Shown here in pieces: positions 26,671 to 37,868 of a DNA stretch of 64,000 bases (its first letter is position 1; the number at the start of each line of letters is the position of its first letter). Where the stretch lies: assembly GCA_965603825.1 (NCBI GenBank), contig CBFDEM010000054.1:781980-845979 (forward strand), in the 5' to 3' direction. The notes beneath the pieces are model-generated. The model saw nothing but the letters and a program-made list of their open reading frames with translations. It was not told the DNA's origin and searched no databases. The translations under genes and the position numbers were made by a program. The stretch comes from Blepharisma stoltei ATCC 30299. Its lineage: Eukaryota; Protista; Ciliophora.

Positions 26671-28167
26671 TTAAATTCGATTTGGTTCGCTTTCCTCTTT
26701 CTCTGACAGTTTATTTAGCATAAGCTCAGCAAATTCATCAAAATCGATTTCTCCGTCTCCATTAATGTCTGCTTCTTTGAGAATTTTTATAAAATCATAG
26801 TGGTTTCTTTCATTTCCTCCTAAAGACTCTTTTAAGTCGTCCAGCGATATTTTTCCATTGTTATCATTATCATAAATTTTAAAAACGTTGTAAAGCTTTT
26901 CTTTATTTAAACTTTTCCTCCAATCCATAGCTGCAGTCAAAAACTCTGTGTATTCTATATACCCATTGTTGTCTAAGTCACACTTCGCCATTAGCTCGTG
27001 GAGGTCCATCTTTATCACCTGATGGACTTTTTTAAAGCCTTTTTTCAGCTCCTCTTCACTTAGTTTTCCATCTCCATTTTCATCAAGTGACTGAAAAATC
27101 GACCTAAGCTGGGCTATTTCGGCGTTAGTTGATAAATGTGAAACTATAAACGTCAATGTCGCTTTTTGGAGCTTATTGCTGATATTAAAAGCTGCTAAGT
27201 TAATTAAGGATCGGGATATCGTTGGACTATCTTCAGTGGCATTTTGGGATTTTTGCTTAATCCATTCATGTTCTAAAATTTCGTCAATGCTAGGCCGTTT
27301 TAAAGGTTTTTTATTTAGCATCCATTTTATAAGGTTTTTGGCTTCTTTTGATATGCTATCCCAAGCTGGGTCTTTGAAAGAAATAGGCTTTTCTTGGATT
27401 TTTTCATATAAGGATCGCTCTGATTTAGCTTTGTACGGGACTAAGCCTGAGAGCATTATATATAAAAGGATGCCTAAGCTTCAGATATCACATTTATTGT
27501 CATAGCTGCCAGAAATCACTTCCGGAGCTGTGAAATAAGAAGTCCCAGTAAATTTTGTTAGCTTTTCATTTGGCTTTATAAATTGTGACTGTTTAAATCC
27601 AACCAATTTTAGCTTTGCGTCTGGACTATCATTTTCAAATAATATATTTTCAGGCCTTAAATCTCCATGGACCACACCAACTGAATGGCAATGATTAACA
27701 GCAGATAAGATTTCTTTCATAAATTTGGCAGCTTGAATTTCAGAAAAATATAGCATTTGGCCCATTTTTTCAAACAGCTCTCCTCCTAAGCACAGTTCTG
27801 TGACTATATGTAAATACAGTTGATCATGATAAACCTCATATACTTTAATTATATTTGGATGATCTAGTTTCTTCAGTACTTCAACCTCTTCTAATAGCTT
27901 ATCAATATCATGACTATCTTTGGTCCCAAGAAGAATAGACTTTACAGCTCTTTGTGCCCCAGTTTTTTTTTCCGTTCCTAATCTCACTTCATAAAACCCA
28001 CCGTCCCATAGTGTTTTGCCAAGCTCATAATTTTTTATGATTTTTTCTTCATGGAATTTGACAAAATCTTTAGCTTTTATGCTGATTTCTCCTTTTGATT
28101 TTCGTCTTAATCGGGAATTTTCTGGTTTTTTAACATCTTCTTCATTACTGCTACTACAGCAGCCCAT
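26671..28167 (-). CDS. CDPK-like probable pseudokinase with 4 EF hands, 498 aa
   Basis: MGCC start; Gly loop WDGGFY, HGDLRPEN, DFG replaced by GFK; DI[TGA]SLG joins the two ORFs. Confidence 0.88.
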
Positions 28168-28468
28168 ATTTTAATAATAAATCAATGATCAAATTTTTAG
28201 AATAAATTAATGAATTATTAAATTTTATTAAGAGATAAGAGCTTTTTAAGATTAAATTCTTTTATGCCATTTTCCGAATTTTTTAATATTATTAAGATCT
28301 GTTTATTGCTAATAGAAACTCTAAATGGTGTCTGAAATGGAAAATTGGACTATACCTTCTTACTACAGCAAATCTGTTATGAAGTTTTAGCTGAGTTTTC
28401 TGGCTACTTGTTTTAGTTGACCCTATTTCTGATGAAGGAGTTTTATCAATCTGCGCAAAATCAAGCCC
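27370..28468. repeat. Left copy of a ~1.1 kb direct segmental duplication (partner 33081-34180)
   Basis: Collinear high similarity across the CDPK 5' half, the divergent intergenic region and the LRR gene start. Confidence 0.9.
28325..28468 (+). pseudogene. Truncated, frameshifted 5' fragment of the LRR gene at 34038
   Basis: atggtgtctgaa..gaaaattggact matches 34038; small insertion; similarity ends at tcaagccc. Confidence 0.85.
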
Positions 28469-28965
28469 TGATCAAATTGATGCATCCTGTAGGTCACTTT
28501 GCCACAAGACATGAAACAATTTACAACTATAAGCAACGAAATTATGCAAGAAGAGCAGCTAGTTAACACTGGATTTCAGGAGTGGTATGCTCTTCAAGCG
28601 TATCAGTTAAACAACTGCTTATGAGAAGCACTTTAGCATCTCTAATTTATTTATCTAGGAGATTAGGAAAGGCGTATCTAAAAATTATCACTTATAATTA
28701 TGAACCTGCAAACGAGTTGCTTTCCAAAGGTGCAAATGCCAGTCGTGCATCATATTCAATTGAATATACTGGAATAGTCATCCAAATTCCGAGTTCATCC
28801 TTTTTTTAGATCGCTAAAATCGATTCCTTATGGTACTATTGACAATAAATCACTATATATTTATATCCAATAGTTTTATTCTTAAAATTAATAATAGATT
28901 TGGCTTAGAATTTGCATCTATGTGCTTGTTATGTAATTATTCATAGTCTTACTTATGCACGTTAT

Positions 28966-31900
28966 GTGAAGGGGAGTCGGGGTGTGGGGAGTGCCGGATC
29001 CCGATTATGCTTGGCCAAACCTTTTATAAAACCCAGAAATAGATCATAGTCATCAAGATAAAGAGCTCAACAAATTGTAAAGTCTTCATTTTTCATTCAA
29101 ATTACCATGGTAAACTCATTTAAGTTTTTGTGTCAAGCAAGTGATTTTAGGAAAATTGATAGATATTATCTTTTTTAAGGTTCAGAAAATTTTCAAGATG
29201 TATTAAATTAAAATTTCTTAAAAATAATCACTATAATTTAACTCAAATTATTAATTATAAAGGCTTTGACTATTAAAAATCGTATTTAATTAAAATTAGT
29301 AAAGCCCCATTTTATAAAAATGAATTTATTAGAAAGTCTGCACGCTTCAATTTCAAGTTTGAACCTAAATCAGGAATGTCCCTCTAAAATAGATTGCGCA
29401 ACTTCTAGCGGCATTAGTGATACGCTTGAATTACTTTACAATCGAAATATTCATGTATTAGACCTAGATGCTCATATTAGAAAATCTCCCGCCTTATTTG
29501 AACAATCTAATGTTGCGTTATTTTTAATATGAAATATAAAGGAACTCATACAAGCTGATGGAGGAGAACTTAAAAGGCCTATTGTTGCATTTTGGAAAAT
29601 ACAAAATACTGAGTTTCCAGAGCCTTCTAATTCAGAAACTCCAGATAATTCAGCTTGACATAATCTTGTGATTCTTCCCAAAAACCATGCACTAATTAAT
29701 GGGTGTTCGCTTGGAAATGAGCTAGAATTAATTTTTTCGATTGACTTATCAGGGAAAAAATTGCGTTTACCTACAATATTAAAATATTTGCTTAAAAGGG
29801 AGATTCAGTATTGAAATAATTTTGAAAAATGTACACTAGGGGGATTTTTTCCAAATTCTGATATCCATGATGAGTGTGATATTAAGATGTATGAGAATTT
29901 TTGCGAAAGTGGAATATGATGCTTATTCAACACTATAATGCTCATATCAAATGGAAATATTGCTTTCGCTGAAAATTTTAGAGAGTATGATCCCACTAAA
30001 AGCAGAAAATTAGGAGCTATTTTACAGAATTATGGAGTTGATTTATGCAAAAATCCAAACAATATTATATGCGAGGATTATCTAGAAAAAAACTGAATTT
30101 ATGATTTCACTATTGCAGTTTATGAAGGTTTGTTAAATGAAGTTTTAGAATGAGAAAAGCTAAGAAATAGCAAAGATATTGATTTAGAATGTCTTAATAT
30201 TAACCAACTCTGCACGCTTAATATGTTTAAAAAATCAAATTCATGGGAACTTGCCATCCAATTTATTAAAAATTGTGGAAACGCCGAGAACGAAATTAGA
30301 ATCAAAACTCCAACTAGTCACAAAAAGATTAAAAGACGTGTTAAGTCACCTAAAATACACCAATCTGCATTAAAAATCAAGGGAGAATATGAATATAAAT
30401 TCTCTCGAAGCACAATTGATCTTAAAGGTTTGGTTGATAGAAAAAATATTTTTATTGACAAAACGTTATTCATAAAAGAAATCTTAAATGATGGGTCTGA
30501 AGCAATTATGTTTACCCGGCCGCGTAGATGAGGGAAAACTTTTAATATGCATATGCTAAAGACATTTTTGCATCCAGATCAAAATGCTGATGGAAGCTTC
30601 AAAAACTTATATGTGTTTACTGGAGGGCATGATAACGTTGACCTTGAAAATCTGGATGAAACCAGATGCTTAAATATAATGACTGTAGATAATGGAAAAT
30701 ATAGAGAGTATGCTGGCACAATCCCAACAATTTTTTTAACTTTTAGTCATATCTCGGAACCAACTAAGCATGAAAAGTCAGAGTTTGATTATTATCTTAG
30801 AGGAATAAAAAATGCTATTCATTCAGCATACTGAAGCTGCAAAGAAATATATTGCCAATACTTATTAAGATTAGTTCGAAATTATTACACATACATATTA
30901 AGGACTGAATGTGATATTGAAATTCCTGATAAACTCGTTTTAGAATCAAAAGTAATAGAATTAGAATTAGCTTTGCCCTTTTGACTTGTTCAGTTTACAC
31001 GTTTTATAAATCATCCAGATGAAATTGATTTAAATAATGCTTTAATATATTTAGTTACGTTATTTATTGAGTTTTACGGAACAAAACCTTATGTATTAAT
31101 AGATGAATATGATGGACCTATTAATAAAGTGATAAATATAGAAGTTAAAAGAGAAATATTAATTTGTATGAGAGCGATTTTCCAGCCAGTAATCAAAGAC
31201 GGAATTGCTAAAAAAGTTATTTTAACTGGAATTTATGAGATTGGAAAGACGGATATGCTATCAGGTTTAAATAGTTTGATATCATATACAATTCAAAATG
31301 ATACAAATTATGCTAATTGCTTTGGATTCACTGAATCAGAAGTAAGTGATTTGCTTGATAATATTTTATTCGCTGAAACAGAAGAGGATCTTATAGAGCA
31401 AAAAGAACTGATTAAGGAATGATATAATGGATATAACATTGGAATCCATAAAATTTACAATCCATGATCTATTATGAATTGTTTGGGAGCTGCTGCACAA
31501 AAAAGTCAGAATCCACTTCAACCTTATTGAATTAATTCAGGTGGTTTCAATCAATTAATTTTACTGTTTGATAAAGTTGAGAATTATGATAAATTATTTG
31601 AATTAATGAATACTGGATACCTTATATTCGAAGAGGAAATCGAAAACCAGATAGAACTAAATTATAATGAAAATGATAGTGATTACAATAAAAGCAATAC
31701 ATTTGATGATTTTTTAGCGATATTGCTCCATGCTGGATATTTGACAAAAGCTAGTGCTGATAAAGCAAATCCGAACTCTTATCGCTATATTATTCCTAAT
31801 AAGGAAGTTAAAAAGAGTTTTTATACATCATTACTTACATCTTGAATGAAGAAAAAAATGAGTCAAAATAAAATTGATAAAAGCAAGCCAATTGAATTTA

Positions 31901-33080
31901 TTCAATTTTTAGAAGATGGCAAATCACTCCAAAATCTCTTTCAAGAAAAAGTGCTTGATAAAATGAATGATTTTACTGATAAAACGGAGGAAGATTTTAA
32001 ACTGTTAATAGGGTCGATATTTAGAATAGCTTTACTTGAAATGAAATGCCCTACATACAAGATGCACGCAGAAAGTGCTAATGTGCACGAGAAAAAATTG
32101 GACCATATTTTTCTTCCTATCAAGAATGAAAGCTCTACAGTGATAATACACGAGTATAAAAAATTAGATTCAGCAAGTCATGAGCAAGCCCAAGAAAGGG
32201 TAGATGATGCGCTATGGCAAATTTATGCAAAAAAATATATGGAAATTGGTTTAAATTTATACGATGATATACATCATAAGCATTTTAAAAACTTTATTAT
32301 TCGAGGAATTGTGTTTTATAAGCTCGGCCTTGGAGATGTATGGAGTATCCTTATAAAGGAACATAAAATAACAGTTGATATGGCAAAAAAACTAAATTAT
32401 TTATTTAGCTCTCAAGATGGTGGAGTATTACCTAATCATTCGTTGTTAAGTGGAGAAAATTCCAATAGAGAGGCTAAAATTAATGCGAGAGGCACTCTAT
32501 GCAGCAGCCTAGACAGCTTAATAGAAAATATGCAAAGACTAGACTTTTTTAATCATTTAAATTATAAGAAGGCTGAAGAAATAGAAAATTGTAAAAGACA
32601 AAGAAACCCCGATCCAAATGAAATAGGGCATGAGAATAAAAGGAAAAGATAAAGAATGGTGTAAATAATATTTCTTAGAATAATTAACTGAATACATTAC
32701 TGTGCCATAATTTTCAAATACATCTGATTTTCTAATAATTAGGTTTTGCTTTAGTTAAGATTTAGTTTTATCTTTAAAATAAAATATTCATAAATTCGAT
32801 AATAAGTTTCTTAAGAGAAAACAAAATGTACGAAAAGTCAGGAAAATTGAAGAGGCAATGGATGATCCAAAATTTGAAAAATAGGCACTGTGGCTTGCCT
32901 GTTTAAGCTCAATAATTTTCACTTTGCTATATTCTCCATGAATTCAATGAACTAGGTCCTGGATTTCCACTATTCTAATCAGTCATCAAGTATTCAGTGC
33001 TTATGCTTAGCTTTTTCAGTTGGATAGCTTGCCTCATGGCCAAACATAAAACCCAGTCCTACCCCTTGCTCCCCCTCTCA
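28966..33080. mobile_element. Candidate mobile/effector element carrying an NTPase-nuclease gene, with imperfect terminal repeats
   Basis: G-rich left motif (28966-29036) and C-rich right motif (33036-33080) are related in inverted and direct orientation; the right motif abuts the duplication breakpoint; no DDE transposase seen. Confidence 0.45.
29320..32652 (+). CDS. 1110-aa protein: unknown N-domain + AAA-ATPase-like (PF09820-type) + PD-(D/E)XK nuclease (PDDEXK_9-type)
   Basis: One frame with 13 TGA=W; FIDKT, FTRPRR[W]GKT (Walker A), VLIDEYDGP (Walker B), LTGI..SGLN, FGFTESEV, WYNGY, IYNPWSI, AGYLT, IPNKEV, LDHIF..IIHEYK, ALWQI..KKY. Confidence 0.9.
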
Positions 33081-33878
33081 GTCTTTAAAAGAAATAGGCT
33101 TTTCTTGGATTTTTTCATATTAGGATTGCTCTGATTTAGCTTTGTACGGTACTCAGCAACAGAGCATTACATATAAAAGGATGCCTAAGCTTCAGATATC
33201 ACATTTATTGTCATAGCTACCAGAAATCACTTCCGGAACTGTGAAATAAGAATTCCCAGTAAATTTTGTTAGCTTTTCATTTGGCCCTTTTAATTGTGAC
33301 TGTTTAAGTCCGAACATTTTTAGCCTTGCGTCTGGACTATCTTTTTCAAATAAAATATTTTCAGGTCTTAAATCTCATTGGACCATACCAACTGAATGGC
33401 AATGATTAACAGCAGATAAGATTTCTTTCATAAATTTGCCAGCTTTATTTTCAGAAAAATATAACGCTTGGCCCACTTTTTCAAACAGCTCTCCTCCTGA
33501 GCACAGTTCTATGATATATGTAGATACAGTTGATCATAATAAACCTCATATATTTTAATTATATTTGGGTGATCTAGTTTCTTGAGTACTTCAACCTCTT
33601 CTAATAACTTATCAATAGAATGGCTATCTTTTGTCCCAAGAAGAATAGACTTTACAGCTCTTTGTGCCCCAGTTTTTTTTCCCCCGTTCCTAATCTCACT
33701 TCATAAAACCCAACATCCCACAGTGTTTTCCCAAGCTCATAATTTTTATGATTTTTTCTTCATGGAATTTGACAAAATCTTTAGCTTTTATGCTGATTTC
33801 TCCTTTTGATTTTCGTCTTAATCGGGAATTTTCTGTTTTTTTAGCATCTTCTTCATTATTGCTAGTACAGCAGCCCAT
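33081..33878 (-). pseudogene. Truncated, frameshifted copy of the CDPK-like gene at 26671-28167
   Basis: MGCCTSNNEED.. start; several indels; no EF-hand half. Confidence 0.9.
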
Positions 33879-34180
33879 ATTTTAAATATAAATCGATGAT
33901 TAAATTGTTAGAACAATCTAATGATTTATTTAAATTTTATTAAGAAATAAGAGCTTTTTAAGATTAAATTCTTTTTAGGCCATTTCCCGAATTTTTTAAT
34001 ATTAATAGGATCTGTTTATTACTAATAGAAACTCTAAATGGTGTCTGAAGTCGAAAATTGGACTTTACCTTCTCTACAGCAAATTTGTTATGAAGTTTTA
34101 GCTGAGTTTTCTGGCTACTTGTGTGAGGTTGACCCTATTTCTGATGAAGGAGTTTTATCAATTTGTGCAAAATCAACCCC
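33081..34180. repeat. Right copy of the ~1.1 kb direct segmental duplication
   Basis: Matches 27370-28468. Confidence 0.9.
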
Positions 34181-34874
34181 ATTCGGGCTTATAAATATTG
34201 AAGAATTGCTATCTCAAGGGGAAGTCGACCGATATATAGACACAAATGAGTTCTGGGAAAGACTATACAAAGAAAAGCTTCGCCAAGATCCTAAATATTT
34301 GATCCCTGAAAGGGAAATTCTGAAAGGGGAAGATTATTATAGGCAGGCCTATTTGGCATCTTACCTAAAAAATGAGCTTGAAAATAGGACGCTAGATGAC
34401 GAAGACTTAGAAAGATTTATCAACATGTGCTCAGGAAACCTTAAACTCGTTTCAATAGGAAGATTCGCTGGAGTTAACTTAGAATATTTATTGAGTTTAT
34501 TTCCCAAAGCACTTCATTTAAGCCTAAAAGACAGCAAAGTCGGCCCACAAGCTGGAGGAATTATAAGAAATTATATAGAAAGAAATAAATATTTACAAAC
34601 TTTGAATTTAAAAAGCTGTGAACTAGGAGATGCTGGGGCTGGAGAAATTGCACAAGCGATAGCGAAAACACGATCATTGAGAAGCCTTGACATGGCATTT
34701 AACGATATTTCGCTAGCTGGGGTCAGAACTCTATGTGAAGCTATTTTAGTTAATAATTCGCTTGGGATTATTGATTTATCAAGAAATATTTGGGGACCTA
34801 GAGAGCTGAAACCAGCTTCTAATCTAGCAAAACAGATGAAGCAAGCCAAAAACCTAATAATTAAAATTGTATAA
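34038..34874 (+). CDS. RNI-like leucine-rich repeat protein with a BC-box-like N-terminus
   Basis: LPSLQQICYEVL; repeats LQTLNLKSCELGDAGA, LRSLDMAFNDISLAG, IDLSRN. Confidence 0.8.
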   Translation: MVSEVENWTLPSLQQICYEVLAEFSGYLCEVDPISDEGVLSICAKSTPFGLINIEELLSQGEVDRYIDTNEFWERLYKEKLRQDPKYLIPEREILKGEDYYRQAYLASYLKNELENRTLDDEDLERFINMCSGNLKLVSIGRFAGVNLEYLLSLFPKALHLSLKDSKVGPQAGGIIRNYIERNKYLQTLNLKSCELGDAGAGEIAQAIAKTRSLRSLDMAFNDISLAGVRTLCEAILVNNSLGIIDLSRNIWGPRELKPASNLAKQMKQAKNLIIKIV

Positions 34875-34923
34875 AACGCAATTAACATGGAAAAAGAAAT
34901 TTGTCTAATAAAATATTGATCTA

Positions 34924-35502
34924 ATGGTAGAGCCAGATCCACAATTCAAATTGGTTATACTTGGAAATTCAAATGTCGGCAAAACCTGCATCGTTCATAG
35001 ATTTGCCAATGAATCATTCTTAGAAGGATCTACTCCTACTATAGGTGCAAATTTTTTAACAAAACAAATGACACTATCAGATGGAAAAAGAATAAAACTC
35101 GAAGTTTGGGATACCGCAGGACAAGAAAGATATAAAAGTCTTACACCTATGTATTACAAAGGGTCTTCAGCAGCTCTTATTATATACGATATAACCCAGC
35201 CATCTACTTTAGAAGGAGCTAAGGATTGGATTAAAGAATTAAAAAACCATGGACCAGCAAATATTATAGTAGGACTAGTAGGAAACAAATTAGATTTAAA
35301 CAGAAATGTGTCAAAAGAAACTGGGATGGATACAGCACAAAGGAATATGTCATTATTTTTTGAGGTCTCTGCAAAAACTGGTGAAAATATTAGTGAAATG
35401 TTTCAGGAAATTGCAAATAGATTGCCTAAAGATCCACCCAGGAAGCGGCAAGCACTTAGCCAAGGAGAAGCGAAAAAAGAAACTTCGTCTTGCTGCAATT
35501 AA
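34924..35502 (+). CDS. Rab GTPase, Rab5/21/22-like
   Basis: GNSNVGKT, IGANF, WDTAGQERYKSLTPMYYKG, GNKLD, SAK, C-terminal CCN. Confidence 0.92.
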   Translation: MVEPDPQFKLVILGNSNVGKTCIVHRFANESFLEGSTPTIGANFLTKQMTLSDGKRIKLEVWDTAGQERYKSLTPMYYKGSSAALIIYDITQPSTLEGAKDWIKELKNHGPANIIVGLVGNKLDLNRNVSKETGMDTAQRNMSLFFEVSAKTGENISEMFQEIANRLPKDPPRKRQALSQGEAKKETSSCCN

Positions 35503-35704
35503 AAATGAAGAAAGATAAATATTAAAGTAATTTCTACAGACAATAAAAAATTAAATAAATATATAATTTTATATTTTACAATAAAAATAGCATTATATAA
35601 TTATAGAAATTGTCTGTTTCTTTATCCAAAAACAATAAATAGAGATTTAAATATTTAGCTAAATAAAATTGTGATAATTTCAGATCTAATTGTTTAAATA
35701 TATA

Positions 35705-36708
35705 CTATAAAAATCGTTTTTGGGCCCAGCTTGCGATTTTAGGTACTTCAACCCACCTACTTTCGTAAGATTTACATCCAAGAACAGTCACAATAAGCTG
35801 CGGATTCGAGCTATTTGTTCTTACACACAAGCACGGCCCAGCTTTAATTGTATGCCCTGTTTTAATCCCGTCAAATCCTTTTCCTAATAATTTATTTGTA
35901 GTTTTCCAAGTAATGCTTCTATTTCCATTTGGATTTTCAATTATACAACTGTAGCTTTGCGTATTTACAATTAAGCAAAAAAATTGATTTTTCAATGAAA
36001 ACGCAGCTAATTTACAAACATCTCTTACCGTAGAAAAATTTGGTTTAATAGACAGCCCGTGTGGGTTTTTAAAAACAGTGTTTTCTAAATTGAGCTCTTT
36101 TGCAAAATCATTCATACCTTTAACAAATTGCAATATTGGATTTCCTTCTTTTTTAAATCCTCCAAAATATTCTGCTAATGCAACAGCAGCGTCATTCCCT
36201 GACGGCAGCATCATTCCCTGACGGCAGCATCATTCCCTGACGGCAGCATCATAGCAAAAAATAGGTCTTTTAGCATGATTTCATCTTTTTCTCTTAAATT
36301 TGCTGATGTTCCTATTATATTTTCGGCCTTTTTACTAATGGTGATTTTATTGGAATAGCTTATATCAAGTTCTCCAGCAAGTTTTATGCTATAAATACAA
36401 GTCATTATTTTTGTAAGGCTGGCGATTTCTCTTTTTTCGTCAAGCTTAGAGCCGTATAGCATTTCTTTGGTTTGCGGATTGAAAATCCCTCAGGCTTTTG
36501 CAGAAATATAAGGTGGGATATGGTGAAGGGGTTTTGGGGTTGAATCTGTTGGAGAATTTTGCAGTAAATTTGGAAGGCACTTTTTGGGACTTGGGGTGAG
36601 GGCTCGGTATGATTGTGGGATTGTTCGTTGCTTTGAGCTGTTAAGGGCTGAAAATAAACTTAAATTTAAAGCGCTTAAGTCTTCAGGTTTAATCCTTCCT
36701 CATGCTCT
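35705..36708 (-). pseudogene. Peptidase S11 D-Ala-D-Ala carboxypeptidase-like gene, frameshifted by a tandem repeat; upstream region has stops
   Basis: ASLTK (SxxK), SGN (SxN), NPHGL, KTG; 38 extra nt at the SGN motif; in-frame TAG at 36709-36711 and no ATG-led open frame upstream. Confidence 0.7.
36192..36248. repeat. Three perfect tandem copies of the 19-mer tcattccctgacggcagca
   Basis: Copies at 36192, 36211 and 36230. Confidence 0.95.
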
Positions 36709-37868
36709 CTACCTTGCAGGGAGAAAATTATCCTCTATTTGGAGCAGTAGTCTTTTGAGGGACAGGCTTGCACTGCTTTTCCAAGAGTCTTCATCTTTCC
36801 GCCATAGATGCTATGAAGGCACTGATTAACCAGATTCTTTCTGTTCGCCATCCATGAGGAGCGGAGACATTCAAAAAAGGAATCATGATTCTTAAGACCC
36901 GATAAAAGACTTGGTCAAAACCATCCAAATGCTAATACTTAATTATGGAGCCTGGCACAAGATTTATCGACCCGTACGGTTAAATTGGCAGGCTGAGGTA
37001 GAGTTAAAGTGTTTGAGCTCCAGGCTCAGCTATAAAATAACTTTTGCGGCCACAGTGGTGTATTGCCGTAGAGGACAAATGCGATTGCTGCCACCATATT
37101 AATTATTAAGGGTAGAAGGGACTATTGGAAAATTAAATTTGGCTTCCATATTCGCCTAATTCACAAAAATCCTATATAGGGATAATTGCAGAGTTACATG
37201 ATTTCAAACTGCATTAGTTTATAAATAGCGATAATGCGGGAATAGTTATCTCTTACGCTACTATATAAATAGAAAAAACGAAATTTGGCCTGGAAAAGAA
37301 ATAATTTATATTTCTAAAATTTTTATAAAAACTTAATTTTAAATCTCAAAACTCTAAATGTTCAATTATTCTTAATAATATTTTTTATACATTTCAGGCT
37401 TTAAAATTAATTAAATCATATCAGATATAAAAACTTATTTTTTCACTATAATGCTAAATCAGCTTTGATTTAAGTCATCATATAACTGATGAGAACAATT
37501 TTTATTCGCCAACAAAAAATATTCAAAAAAAGTCTTTACATTCATACCCGATAAGGATAATGCATTCTAAATTTTCAATCCCAGCACCATGACACTCAGC
37601 AATCCTTCAGAAATTAATTAATTTTCATAATAAAAAAATTAAGCATCAGTAATTGTAAATCAAGAGCCATTTGCATATAGCCATCTTAAGACCAGGATAC
37701 AAGAAAAAACCTTATTTAAGGCCTAATTTTCATTCGGCAAAAAAATTCAAATTTTTCATTGCTGAGTTAAAACCGCTTAATAAACTATCAAAATTTTCTA
37801 AAAAAGAGACAAATCTAAAATAAGAAGTAATGTTAAAACAATACCCCCTGCAGTAAGCAGAAATAGCA

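Noticed and set aside
29320-32652. Bacterial contamination or a chimeric contig
   Set aside because: The gene uses UGA=Trp, has host-like AT-rich flanks and no operon context, and sits between decayed host duplicates; read-level confirmation is still desirable.
36192-36248. CRISPR-like array
   Set aside because: Repeats abut with no spacers, lie within a coding region, and there are no cas genes.
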